Source: Candidatus Eiseniibacteriota bacterium
GTDB lineage: Bacteria > Eisenbacteria > RBG-16-71-46 > CAVPCR01
Assembly: GCA_963702435.1 (NCBI GenBank)
Contig: CAVPCR010000001.1
Location: 640,001 to 704,000 of the forward strand
Reading direction: 5' to 3'
DNA length: 64,000 bases
In this document: in pieces, positions 6,901 through 16,319 of the stretch
Numbering within the stretch: position 1 is the stretch's first letter
How the letters are laid out: every line of letters begins with the position of its first letter
Program-made: the position numbers and the translations under genes
Notes under the pieces: generated by a model
Told to the model about the DNA's origin: nothing
Databases searched by the model: none
The model's input: the letters and a program-made list of their open reading frames with translations, nothing else

Positions 6901-9453
6901 ATGGATCCGGGGGGCACGGGAGACCTGGGACGCGGGCGGCGGAAGGGCGGCATCTCGCTCCGCACGCGGCTCCTCGCCATCTTCATCGCTCTCGCCGTCG
7001 TCCCCTGTCTCACCCTGACCCTCGCCATCTCCGCGCGGCTCACCCGTTCGATCGAGTTCTGGGGCAATCCCGGCGTCGAGCGCACCGTGGACAGCTCGGT
7101 CGGCGCGGCCCGGGTGGCCCTGCGCGCGCTCAAGGACCATCTCCTCGCCGCGGTCGAGGGCATGGCCGAGGGGCAGGCGCCGCCCGGAGGGCTCGACATC
7201 CTCCGCACCTACGAGCGCGCGGGCGGGCGCTACGTCCTCCGCCAGGCCGAACCGGGAGCGGCCGGCCCGCTCATCTCCTCCGCGGAGATCGAGGCCGCCC
7301 TCGACGCGAGCCGCGTGATCGAGAAGCCGGAGGGGTATCTCCTCGCCATCGCGGCCCTCGATTCGGCGGCATTGCGCGTGATCGTCGGCGGTTACGCGAT
7401 GCCCCCCGAGCTCTTCGCACAGATCGCCGAGGCGCGCCGGGGCGCCAGCCTCTTCGACCGGCTCAAGCTCTACCTCGCCGTGTCGAAAGGATGGGTGTGG
7501 CTCTCGACCGGCTTCGTGGCCCTCCTCGTCGTCATCGCGGCGGTCATCCTGGCCCGTTTCATGGCCCGCGGGCTGACGCGGCCGATCGAGGATCTCGTGG
7601 GGGCGATGGAGCGGCTCGGCCGCGGCGAGCCGGTGCCGACGCTCGCCGAATCCGGTGACCCCGAGATGGCCTACCTCGTCGCCTCGTTCAACCGGATGGC
7701 GGCCGAGCTCGAACGGTCGCGGCGTGAGCTGCGGCGGGCGGAACGGCTCGCGGCCTGGCAGGACGTGGCGCGAAGAGTTGCGCACGAGATCAAGAATCCA
7801 CTGACGCCGATCCAGTTCGCGATCCATCGTCTGAAGAAGGAGCTGGCCGCGCCGGGAGCGCCCGCGCCCGAGGCAACGGGGTCCGCGGCAACGGGGTCCG
7901 CAGCAGCGGGGTCCGCGGCAGCGGGGTCCGCGGCGACCGCACCTGCCGCCGCCGGCAGCGGGACGGCCCGCACCGCCGCGCTCCACGAGTCGCTCGACGC
8001 CATCCTCGGCGAGGTGGAGAGCCTCCGCCACATGGCGGACGAGTTCTCGCGTCTCGCCAAGCTGCCCGCGCCCGAGCTCGCGCCGGTCGCCGTCGCGCCG
8101 CTCCTCCGGGAGGCGAGCGAGCTCTTCACCCACCCCGCGGTCGAGGTCCGGCTCGACCTCCCCCTCGATCTGCCGGAGGTCGAGGCCGACAGCCGCCTCC
8201 TCCGCCAGGTCTTCGCGAACCTGTTCAAGAACGCGATCGAGGCGATGCCCGATGGCGGCGTGCTCAGCGTGCGGGCCCGGCCGGCCGCCATGCCGGGCGG
8301 CGAGAGCGGCGTCGCGATCGAGATCGCCGACACGGGCCCCGGCGTCCCTTCCGAGATGCTCGACCGCGTGGGTGAGCCCTATCTCTCGACCAAGAAGGGC
8401 GGGAGCGGCATCGGGATCGCGGTCGTGATCAAGATCGTGCACGACCATCGCGGGCGCTTCGAGCTTTCGAACGTCGCCGCGGGAGGCGCCGTCGCCCGCG
8501 TGCTCCTGCCGGCCGGTCGCGGCGGCGAGGACGCGGCCCGTGACGTGACCCGCCGGGAGTCGCCCGCTCACCGCTCGCAGCGGGCCGCGCTCGGCGCTCT
8601 CGCGCTCGCCGGCAGCGCTGTCGCCACCCTCGCGCTCGCGAGCGGAACCGGCGGCGCGGGCGAGCTCCTGGCGATCGACCCCGCCGCCGAGCCGCTCGCG
8701 GCCCGGATCGAGACCCTCTTACCTCCCGACTGGGAGATCACCGCCGCCGCCGGCCAGCGCGCCCCGAGCCGCTGGCTCGGACCGGCGAACGCCGTCTACG
8801 TCCGGATCGAGGACACGACCGTCAACATCCACCACCCCGACGGCCACACGTACCATCCGTACATCAAGCTCTTCTTCTGCCCGCGTGGGTGGTCGGGCAC
8901 GATGGAGGAGACCGACTACTACGGGGACGTAACCCCGGCCTTCCTCCTCGGCCGCAACGGCATGTTCACGGTCTTCTACCAGACCGGGGGGCGTCTGACC
9001 TGGACCGACGCCTGGGCGGCGCTCGGCGAGGCCTTCGCGCTCGCGCCGCCGCGCGTCGGGCGCGACCTCCGGCTCGAGGTGGATGCGCTCGCGCACCGGC
9101 GGCTCGGGGAACGGCTGGCCGCGGTGCACACGGATCTCTCTCCCGATGTGCTCGGGCGGGTGACCGGCCTCGTCAAGAACGGGAGCCTCCTCTACCTCGA
9201 GTACTCGGCCCGCGTCAATGCGCCGCCCGCGACTCCGGGCGCGCCACCGCTCGACCCCGCGGTGAAGGGCCTCATCGAGCGCGAGGCCGGACTTCTCCTC
9301 GCCGAGGCCTTCCGGCTCTACCCCGAGCTCGAATGCGCCTACGTGCGCCGGCTCTGCGACAACCGGCTCTTCGACGCGCTCGTCGAGCGTTCCGCGAACG
9401 GCAGCGCGCTCGAGATGAAGGGCCCGGCGCGCGCCGGCGGGAGCGGTGGCTAG
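6901..9453 (+). CDS. HAMP-domain sensor histidine kinase (NtrY-like), continuing in frame into a probable exported domain from 8545
   Basis: Two TM segments, HAMP, H-box VAHEIKNPLTPIQ, N-box NLFKNAIEAM, DTGPG, GSGIGI. No stop codon after the HATPase domain. Confidence 0.8.
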   Translation: MDPGGTGDLGRGRRKGGISLRTRLLAIFIALAVVPCLTLTLAISARLTRSIEFWGNPGVERTVDSSVGAARVALRALKDHLLAAVEGMAEGQAPPGGLDILRTYERAGGRYVLRQAEPGAAGPLISSAEIEAALDASRVIEKPEGYLLAIAALDSAALRVIVGGYAMPPELFAQIAEARRGASLFDRLKLYLAVSKGWVWLSTGFVALLVVIAAVILARFMARGLTRPIEDLVGAMERLGRGEPVPTLAESGDPEMAYLVASFNRMAAELERSRRELRRAERLAAWQDVARRVAHEIKNPLTPIQFAIHRLKKELAAPGAPAPEATGSAATGSAAAGSAAAGSAATAPAAAGSGTARTAALHESLDAILGEVESLRHMADEFSRLAKLPAPELAPVAVAPLLREASELFTHPAVEVRLDLPLDLPEVEADSRLLRQVFANLFKNAIEAMPDGGVLSVRARPAAMPGGESGVAIEIADTGPGVPSEMLDRVGEPYLSTKKGGSGIGIAVVIKIVHDHRGRFELSNVAAGGAVARVLLPAGRGGEDAARDVTRRESPAHRSQRAALGALALAGSAVATLALASGTGGAGELLAIDPAAEPLAARIETLLPPDWEITAAAGQRAPSRWLGPANAVYVRIEDTTVNIHHPDGHTYHPYIKLFFCPRGWSGTMEETDYYGDVTPAFLLGRNGMFTVFYQTGGRLTWTDAWAALGEAFALAPPRVGRDLRLEVDALAHRRLGERLAAVHTDLSPDVLGRVTGLVKNGSLLYLEYSARVNAPPATPGAPPLDPAVKGLIEREAGLLLAEAFRLYPELECAYVRRLCDNRLFDALVERSANGSALEMKGPARAGGSGG
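7873..7932 (+). repeat. 15-bp tandem repeat x4 (GCARCGGGGTCCGCR) encoding A[T/A]GSA inside the kinase
   Basis: Four consecutive near-identical units, in frame. Confidence 0.9.
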
Positions 9454-9487
9454 CGTGGCCGACACAGCCCCGGACAGGTCCTGCCGC

Positions 9488-9952
9488 TCAGCCGTCTCCG
9501 CTCAGGCCGTCGACACCGCCGGCGACCAGGGCCTCGTGCACCGCGTCGAGAACGTGGCCGAGCGGCTTCCCGACGAGAGCCCGCGCCTCGTTGAAGGCGG
9601 CCCAGCGGCGCTGTCGCCACGATTCGAGCCAGTCGTCGGCGATCCCCTCGCAGGCGAGCGCGTAGACCCACACGTCCCAGGCGCGACCCCACTTGTGGCG
9701 CTCGAAACGGGCGAGCGGAGCCGCGGAGAGCCGCCCGCTCGCGCCGGCCTCCTCGTGGGCCTCGCGGAGGGCGGTCTCGGCCGGAGTGAATCCGGGATCG
9801 ACGATGCCCTTCGGGAAGATCCAGCGATCCCCGCTCGACGAGGTGACGAGAAGGTAGTAGATCATCCCGCCTTCTCTGCGGAAGGGCACCGCGCAGGCCT
9901 GCAGGTGGAGACCATCCGCGGGCGCACCCCGATCGTCCATCACTCCATTCAT
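9488..9952 (-). CDS. NUDIX hydrolase
   Basis: WIFPKG followed by the Nudix box ALREAHEEAG. Confidence 0.85.
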   Translation of the reverse strand: MNGVMDDRGAPADGLHLQACAVPFRREGGMIYYLLVTSSSGDRWIFPKGIVDPGFTPAETALREAHEEAGASGRLSAAPLARFERHKWGRAWDVWVYALACEGIADDWLESWRQRRWAAFNEARALVGKPLGHVLDAVHEALVAGGVDGLSGDG

Positions 9953-10065
9953 CACGAGCGAGAGTACGGGCAAGGCGGGCCGCGGAGCAAGCGCTCCGGC
10001 GCCGCAGGGCCGCGGAGCAGGCGCGCCGGTGCGACACGGCCGGCGCCGCGCGGGCATCTCGAACC

Positions 10066-11130
10066 ATGAAGGCGAAGCCGGCGACGACGAGCGAGGCCAA
10101 GGCGCGGCGCGGCCGCCTCGCCCTCGGCATCGACCTGGGCGCGACCAAGATCCTGGCGCTCGTCATCGATCGCCGGGGCCGCGTGCTGGGCCGCGCCCGC
10201 GAGCGGACGCGCGGAGAAGAGGGTGTCGCGCCCGTCGTCGCCCGCATCGCCCATGCCGCCCGCTTCGCGCTGCGCAGGGCCGGCGTGACGCGGCGGCGGA
10301 TCGGGGCGGCCGGCATCGCCGCCCCCGGCGTCATCGATCCAGTCCGCGGCCTCGTCCGCACCGCGCCGAACCTCCCCGGATGGGAGGACGTGCCGCTCGC
10401 CGCCCTCCTCGGCGAGGCGGTCGGGCTGCCCTTCGCGCTCGAGAACGACGCCAATGCCGGTGCGCTCGCCGAGCATCACCTTGGCTCCGGTCGCGGCGCC
10501 GGCGATCTGGTCGCCATCTTCGTCGGCACCGGGATCGGCGGCGGCCTCGTCCTCGACGGGAGGATCCACGAGGGCGCGCGACTCGCGGCCGGGGAGCTCG
10601 GCCACATGGTGATCGCCGCCGACGGTCCGCTCTGCGGATGCGGGCAACGCGGTTGCGTCGAGGCTCTGGCCGGCCGGAACGGCATCGCGCGAGCGCTCCG
10701 CGCCGCGGTGGCGGCGGGTCGTGCATCGCGCCTCGCCCCCCTCGTCGCCGCGGAGGCGGCCGGAGGGGACATGCTGCGCTCGAACGCCATCGCCGACGCG
10801 TACCGCGCGCGCGATCCGCTCACCTGCGAGGTCCTCGCCGGCGCCCAGGCCGCCCTCGGCCTCCTCACGGCGAACGTCGTGAACCTGCTCGACCCCGGCG
10901 TCGTGGTCTTCGGCGGCGGACTCATCGAGGCGCTCGGCCCGCGCTTCGTGGTCGGGATCCGGCGCGCCGCCCGCCCGCGCTTCCTCCTCAAGGACGACGT
11001 GCGGAGCGTGCGCATCACGATGGCCCGGCTCGGCGATGATGCGGTCGCCCTCGGTGCGGGGCTCGCCGCGCGTGCCGCCGCGTCCGGGGACGCCGGGATG
11101 CGCCCCGCGCGCCGGAATCCGTTGCGCTAG
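10066..11130 (+). CDS. ROK family sugar kinase (glucokinase-like)
   Basis: GIDLGATK, ENDANAGALAE, GTGIGGGLV, GELGH and the CGCGQRGCVE zinc motif. Confidence 0.92.
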   Translation: MKAKPATTSEAKARRGRLALGIDLGATKILALVIDRRGRVLGRARERTRGEEGVAPVVARIAHAARFALRRAGVTRRRIGAAGIAAPGVIDPVRGLVRTAPNLPGWEDVPLAALLGEAVGLPFALENDANAGALAEHHLGSGRGAGDLVAIFVGTGIGGGLVLDGRIHEGARLAAGELGHMVIAADGPLCGCGQRGCVEALAGRNGIARALRAAVAAGRASRLAPLVAAEAAGGDMLRSNAIADAYRARDPLTCEVLAGAQAALGLLTANVVNLLDPGVVVFGGGLIEALGPRFVVGIRRAARPRFLLKDDVRSVRITMARLGDDAVALGAGLAARAAASGDAGMRPARRNPLR

Positions 11131-11139
11131 AATCGCGCC

Positions 11140-12444
11140 GTGGAAACGATCCGCCCGCGCGGAGGGCACGCCGCGCACGTCCTCCTCGTCCTCGCCGTCG
11201 TCCTCCCTCTCCTCTGGTCCGCGCTCGCGGCCGGGCTCGCCGCGCGCGGCAACCGCGATCCGGGATGGCGGGAGCGCGTGCTCCGCCACTTCACACCCGA
11301 GGATGTGGAGCGCGGTCGCGCCTACCGCGCGGCCTTCATCCCGGGCGGCGTCGCGCGGAGCGCCATCGTCGCCGGCATCCTCGCGCTCTGTCTCTTCGCG
11401 GGCGGCGGGCAATGGCTCGCCGAGCGCGCCGGGGGGTGGAGCGGGGGACGCACGGCCCTCGCCGCCGCGCTGGTCATGCTCGCGCTCGGCCTCGCGCTCC
11501 GCCTCGCCCAGCTCCCGATCGACTTCTACCACGGCTACGTCCTCGAAGGCCGCTTCGGCTTCCGCCGGCTGGATCTCCTGCCATGGCTCTGGCGTCTGGC
11601 AAAGAGCCACGCGATCGCGATCGCGATCGAGGTCCTCCTCGTCGCCGCGCTCTTCGCGCTCATCAGCCGCTTGCCGCGCGCCTGGCCCGCGGTCGCCACG
11701 GTGGCCGGCGCCGCCGCCACCTTCGTCTTCGCGATCGCCTGGCAAGCAGTCGTGCTGCCGCTCTTCTTCCACGTGTCGCCGCTTCCGGCGGGGCCGCTCC
11801 GGGACGGGGTCTCCGCTCTCGCAGCCCGCGCCGGCGTGCCCGTCCGGGAGATCCGCGTCATCGATCAGAGCCGGGTCTCGGCGCACACGAACGCCTTCTT
11901 CACGGGCATCGGCAGCCGCCGCGAGATCTACCTCTACGACACGCTGAGCGAGCAGCACGACGTGCCCGAAGTGCTCGCGGTCGTCGCCCACGAGATCGGA
12001 CACTGGCAACACCAGCATGTGCTCAAGGGCTGGGCGCTCGCAGTGCTCGGCATGGCGATCGGCTTCTTCCTGCTGTCCGGGCTCCTCGCGCAACCGGCCT
12101 TCCGCGCCGCGGCGCGCCTCGACGGCCCGGCCGATCCGGCCCTCGTGCCCGTGCTCTTCGCGCTCGTCGCCTGCGTCTCGATCCTCACCGCGCCGATCGA
12201 GAACGCGGTGAGCCGCCGCTTCGAGCGGGAGTCCGACCGCGCCTCGCTCGCGCTCACCGCCGATCCCGAGACGTTCATCCGGATGAAGGTCGCGATGGCG
12301 CGCGGGAACCGGAGCCACCTCCTCCCGCACCCGTTTCTCGTGTTCTGGAACGCGACCCATCCGCCCGTGATCGAGCGGATCGAGATGGCGGCGGCCCGGG
12401 CGGGCGGCACCGCGGCCGACAAGCCGGCGAAATCTCCCCCTTGA
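11140..12444 (+). CDS. M48 family (Ste24/HtpX-like) membrane metallopeptidase
   Basis: Multiple TM segments, NAFFTGIG, HEIGH zinc motif, THPPVIERI. Confidence 0.92.
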   Translation: METIRPRGGHAAHVLLVLAVVLPLLWSALAAGLAARGNRDPGWRERVLRHFTPEDVERGRAYRAAFIPGGVARSAIVAGILALCLFAGGGQWLAERAGGWSGGRTALAAALVMLALGLALRLAQLPIDFYHGYVLEGRFGFRRLDLLPWLWRLAKSHAIAIAIEVLLVAALFALISRLPRAWPAVATVAGAAATFVFAIAWQAVVLPLFFHVSPLPAGPLRDGVSALAARAGVPVREIRVIDQSRVSAHTNAFFTGIGSRREIYLYDTLSEQHDVPEVLAVVAHEIGHWQHQHVLKGWALAVLGMAIGFFLLSGLLAQPAFRAAARLDGPADPALVPVLFALVACVSILTAPIENAVSRRFERESDRASLALTADPETFIRMKVAMARGNRSHLLPHPFLVFWNATHPPVIERIEMAAARAGGTAADKPAKSPP

Positions 12445-12528
12445 TCCCGGACCGGGCGGTCTGGTGAGATACAGTAAGGCGGCGGCCCGAACTGGGACGT
12501 GGCCACAGACGAACGGTGAGGAGAGAGC

Positions 12529-12846
12529 ATGGATTTTCATCAACTGCACAAGACGCGGGTGATCGAGCTGCGCGAGATGGCGGCGAAGTACGGGGTCGAG
12601 GGCGTCTCGGCCATGAAGAAGGAACAGCTCGTCGACTTCCTCGCCGGGAAGCTCGGCATCGACCGCCACGCCCACGGCGCCCTCGGCATCAACAAGGCGG
12701 CGGTCAAGAAGCAGCTCCACGACCTCAAGCAGAAGCGCGACGAGGCGATCACGGCGCACGACGCCAAGGCGCTCAAGATGGCCCGGCGCAAGCGCCAGCG
12801 CCTGAAGCGGGAGATCCGGCGGGCGATCGTGCGCGCGGCCCGCTAG
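12529..12846 (+). CDS. Small basic protein with a Rho N-terminal-like domain
   Basis: LHKTRVIELREMAAKYGVEGVSAMKKEQLV matches the Rho_N pattern; basic coiled C-terminus; GAGGAG RBS. Confidence 0.75.
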   Translation: MDFHQLHKTRVIELREMAAKYGVEGVSAMKKEQLVDFLAGKLGIDRHAHGALGINKAAVKKQLHDLKQKRDEAITAHDAKALKMARRKRQRLKREIRRAIVRAAR

Positions 12847-12862
12847 CCGCCGCGAGCTGCCG

Positions 12863-13318
12863 CTAGCCGCCGAGGCGCGCCTTGACGAGCGCCTGCACGT
12901 CCCTGCCGTTCACGCGCGAGCCGTGCTCGCCGAGGACGAGCTTCATCACGGCGCCCATGTCCCTGGCGCTCGCGGCGCCGGCGCGCCGGATCGCGTCGTC
13001 CACGAGCGCCGCGAGGGCGGCGCCGGTGATCGGCTCGGGCAGGTAGGCGCGCAGGAGCTCGAGCTCGCGCTCCTCCTTCACGGCGAGGTCCTCGCGCCCG
13101 CCGCGCCGGAACTGCTCGATCGAGTCCGCGCGCATCCTGGCGCCGCGCGTGAGGACGGCGAGCTCGTCGTCCGCGGTCAGATCCGCCCCCTTCTGGATCC
13201 GCGCGTTCTTGAGATCGGCGATGAGGAGGCGGATGAGGCCGACGCGGTCGGCCGCGCGCGCCTTCATCGCCACCTTGAGCTCCTCGCTCAGACGATCGGT
13301 CAGACGTTCGCTCGGCAT
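12863..13318 (-). CDS. GatB/YqeY domain protein
   Basis: ELKVAMKAR, SIEQFRRGGREDL, LRAYLPEP, DMGAVMK. Confidence 0.9.
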   Translation of the reverse strand: MPSERLTDRLSEELKVAMKARAADRVGLIRLLIADLKNARIQKGADLTADDELAVLTRGARMRADSIEQFRRGGREDLAVKEERELELLRAYLPEPITGAALAALVDDAIRRAGAASARDMGAVMKLVLGEHGSRVNGRDVQALVKARLGG

Positions 13319-13429
13319 CTCTGGTCCCTCCGCCGGCCGACTATAGGCACGCGCCCCAACCCGCGCAACCGCGGCGGGCGGCGGGTAGGCGGGCAGGCGG
13401 CAGCGGACCGAAGCCTGTATACTCGTGCG

Positions 13430-15664
13430 ATGGGAATCCACTACCAAGCTGTCTCGATCGCCCTCGCGGCGATGCTCCTCCTCCCGGCCCCCGGCCGCGC
13501 CGCCGTCCGCCTCCTCACCCGCGAGATCGAGCCCGCGCGCTCCCCCGCCGCCGTGGCGGCCGCGCTCGACGCGTCCGCGCCCGCGCGCCGGGTGCTCGTC
13601 CTCGAGCCCGCGGATCGCCCGGCCCGGCGCGCCGCGCTCGAGGCGCTCGGCGTCCGCTTCCACCAGTACCTGCCGGACAACGCGTTCGCGGTGACGATCC
13701 CGGCCGCGCTGTCGCCGGCGGCGGCGGGCCTCGTGGACGGAGTCGCAACGCTCGCGCCGGCCGACAAGGTGCACCCCTCGCTCCTCTCGACGGGCATCGA
13801 TGCCTGGGCGCTGGCCCCTGATGGGCGGGCCGTCCTCGAGGTCCGCTTCCATCCCGACGTCGCGGACGCGGACGCGCGAGCGCTGCTCGCCGCGCTCGGC
13901 ACCGAGCTCATCGCCGTGCTCCTCCCCCATCATCGCTACACGGTCCTCGCCGCAGCGGATCGGCTCCTCGCCATCGCGGCGGCGGACGAGGTCGCCTTCG
14001 TGGACGAGATCGCGCCCCCGGTCGAGCTCGAGAACGACGGCTCGCGCGGGCTCATTCGCGCCGGCACGGTGCAGGACCCGCCCTACGGATTGAGCGGCGC
14101 CGACATCGATGTCGCGGTCGTCGACGGCGGGCGCATCGATCCCGGCCATCCCGATTTCACGGGGCGCCTGACCGTCGTCGACAACGTCTCGACGAACGAC
14201 CATTCGACCCATGTCGCCGGCACGCTCGGCGGGACCGGGGTCAACTCGCCGGCGTACGGGGGCGCGCCCGGCCAGTGGCGCGGCATGGCGCCGGGGGCGC
14301 GCATCTACTCCTACTCGTACTCGAACCATCTGTCCAAGTACGCGGGCATCGTGAACACCTACGGCGTCGAGATCACGACCAACTCCTGGGGCACCGGGGT
14401 CTCCGGCTCGAACTGCGCGATCTACGGCGACTATCGCTTCGACGCGCCGGCCCTCGACCAGATCGTGACTGGGCTCCACGGCCGCCGCATCAACATCACC
14501 TTCTCCGGCGGCAACGAGCGCAACGACTGCGACTGCGGCATGAGCTGCACACCGCCGTATGTGAACTTCGCCAACGTGAACCCGCCGAAGCCGGCCAAGA
14601 ACCTGATCGTGGTCGGCGCCCTCAACTCGAATGACGCGTCGATGACCGATTTCTCGAGCTGGGGACCGGTCGACGACGGCCGCCTGAAGCCCGAGGTGGT
14701 CGCCGCCGGCGACGAGGTGGGCGGCGACGGGGCCATCAAGTCGCCGGTGCCCGGCGGCGGCTACGGGGTGATGAGCGGCACCTCGATGGCGGCCCCGGCG
14801 GGGACCGGTGCAGCAGCGCTCGTCATGGAGCGCCAGCGCGCGGTGACCGGTCTCCATCCCTGGCCCTCCACCGTGCGCGGGCTCCTCATGCACACGGCGG
14901 TCGACCTCTTCAACCCGGGGCCCGACTACCGGAGCGGCTACGGGCTCATCGATCTCGTCGCCGCCGTGGCGGCGATCGACGCGCGCACCGGGCGCGAGGA
15001 GAACCTGGTCCAGGACGACGTGCTCGAGTTCCCGCTCGAGGTGACCGCGCCCGGCCCGCTCAAGGTCACGATCGCCTGGGACGATCCGGCGGGCGCCGAG
15101 AATGCGGCGATCGCGCTGGTCAACGATCTGGACCTCGAGCTCGTGGATCCGCTGGCCGCGGTGCACCAGCCGTGGGTGCTCGCGCCGGCCACCCCCGACC
15201 TCCCGGCGACCCGCGGCGTCGACCGGCGGAACAACGTCGAGCAGGTCTACGTGGCCGAGCCCGCGCCCGGCCAGTGGACCGTCCGCGTGCGCGGCACCAA
15301 CGTCCCCGCGGGACCGCAGCCGGTCTCGATCTGGGGGCTTCCCGAGCCGGGGAGCCAGGCTCTCGCCGCCGTCGTCCCCGCCGGGCGCGGGCTCGCGCTC
15401 GCGGCCGATCCGAACCCGTTCGTCACGGCGACCATCCTCCGCTTCACGCTCGAGAACCCGGACGACGTGCGGCTCCGCATCCTCGACGCCGCGGGCCGCG
15501 TGGTCTCGGACCTGGCCGCTCGCCGGTTCGCCGCCGGGGCCCAGGCCGTCGCCTGGGACGGGCGGAACGCGCGCGGCGAGCGGGTGGCGCCCGGGGTCTA
15601 CCTCGCCGAGATCGAGGCGGGCGGACTCCGGGAATCCGCGAAGCTCCTCGTCGCGCCGCGCTAG
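13430..15664 (+). CDS. Secreted S8 (subtilisin-like) serine peptidase with C-terminal FlgD-Ig/T9SS-like domain
   Basis: Catalytic triad motifs VAVVDGG, HSTHVAGT, GTSMAAP; C-terminus PNPF...WDGRNARGERVAPGVYL. Confidence 0.92.
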   Translation: MGIHYQAVSIALAAMLLLPAPGRAAVRLLTREIEPARSPAAVAAALDASAPARRVLVLEPADRPARRAALEALGVRFHQYLPDNAFAVTIPAALSPAAAGLVDGVATLAPADKVHPSLLSTGIDAWALAPDGRAVLEVRFHPDVADADARALLAALGTELIAVLLPHHRYTVLAAADRLLAIAAADEVAFVDEIAPPVELENDGSRGLIRAGTVQDPPYGLSGADIDVAVVDGGRIDPGHPDFTGRLTVVDNVSTNDHSTHVAGTLGGTGVNSPAYGGAPGQWRGMAPGARIYSYSYSNHLSKYAGIVNTYGVEITTNSWGTGVSGSNCAIYGDYRFDAPALDQIVTGLHGRRINITFSGGNERNDCDCGMSCTPPYVNFANVNPPKPAKNLIVVGALNSNDASMTDFSSWGPVDDGRLKPEVVAAGDEVGGDGAIKSPVPGGGYGVMSGTSMAAPAGTGAAALVMERQRAVTGLHPWPSTVRGLLMHTAVDLFNPGPDYRSGYGLIDLVAAVAAIDARTGREENLVQDDVLEFPLEVTAPGPLKVTIAWDDPAGAENAAIALVNDLDLELVDPLAAVHQPWVLAPATPDLPATRGVDRRNNVEQVYVAEPAPGQWTVRVRGTNVPAGPQPVSIWGLPEPGSQALAAVVPAGRGLALAADPNPFVTATILRFTLENPDDVRLRILDAAGRVVSDLAARRFAAGAQAVAWDGRNARGERVAPGVYLAEIEAGGLRESAKLLVAPR

Positions 15665-15708
15665 CTCGCGAACCATCCGGCCGATAGGAGTGTTAGAGTG
15701 ATGTCCTC

Positions 15709-15741
15709 GGGACCCGGCCGGCGGCCGGGTCCCGGTTTTCT
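15709..15741 (+). terminator. Perfect GC palindrome with T-tract between the S8 gene and the copper operon
   Basis: GGGACCCGGCCG-G-CGGCCGGGTCCC followed by GGTTTTCT. Confidence 0.45.
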
Positions 15742-15760
15742 CCACCGCAGCAGATCCTGG

Positions 15761-16144
15761 ATGAACCGTATTCTGGCCCTTCTCATCGTGCTCGGGCTCG
15801 GCTCGAGCCTTCTCCCGCCGGCCACCTGCAGTGGCCTCGGGCGGTCCTGTTGCTGCGCGGGGAGCGCGGGCGACGCGGCAGTCCCCGTGGAAGCGGGAAC
15901 CTCGCACGTCGATCGCGCCTGCGCGTGCGGCTGCCCCGAGCTCGCGAGCGCCACCGCGGAGGCGGCGCCCCGCGTGCCGGCGCCGGCCCGCGCGGAAACG
16001 CCGGCGCCGGTCACGATCGGCCTCGCCGCCGGCCCCCGCGCGCTCCCGTCCGGGCCCGACGCCGGAGGAGACCCGACGAGCGCCGCGCCGCATCTCGCCC
16101 TCGCCCAGCCCCCGCCCGCGTTCCACACTCCGCTCCGCATCTGA
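15761..16144 (+). CDS. Small Cys-rich exported protein at the head of the metal-efflux operon
   Basis: Signal-like N-terminus, CCC and CACGC clusters, PPP...LRI C-terminus typical of leader genes in metal-efflux operons. Confidence 0.6.
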   Translation: MNRILALLIVLGLGSSLLPPATCSGLGRSCCCAGSAGDAAVPVEAGTSHVDRACACGCPELASATAEAAPRVPAPARAETPAPVTIGLAAGPRALPSGPDAGGDPTSAAPHLALAQPPPAFHTPLRI

Positions 16145-16319
16145 TCCCTCCGCTCCGCGATCCGTTTCGTGCCGATCGCCGGTCACCGCGCAGGCTTGCC
16201 GCGGCGGCCGCCGGCGGTAGACTCGGCCTTCCCCCCGCGGCTCTCCGCTCTCCACCGATTATTGCGTTATGGCGCAGATACTTGAAGAGAGCCGGGGGCC
16301 GCCGCTCCTGGAGGATCCG

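Noticed and set aside
13319..16255. Long N-terminal extension of the YqeY ORF
   Set aside because: Antisense to the S8 protease; YqeY similarity begins at ATG 13318 with a GGAG RBS.
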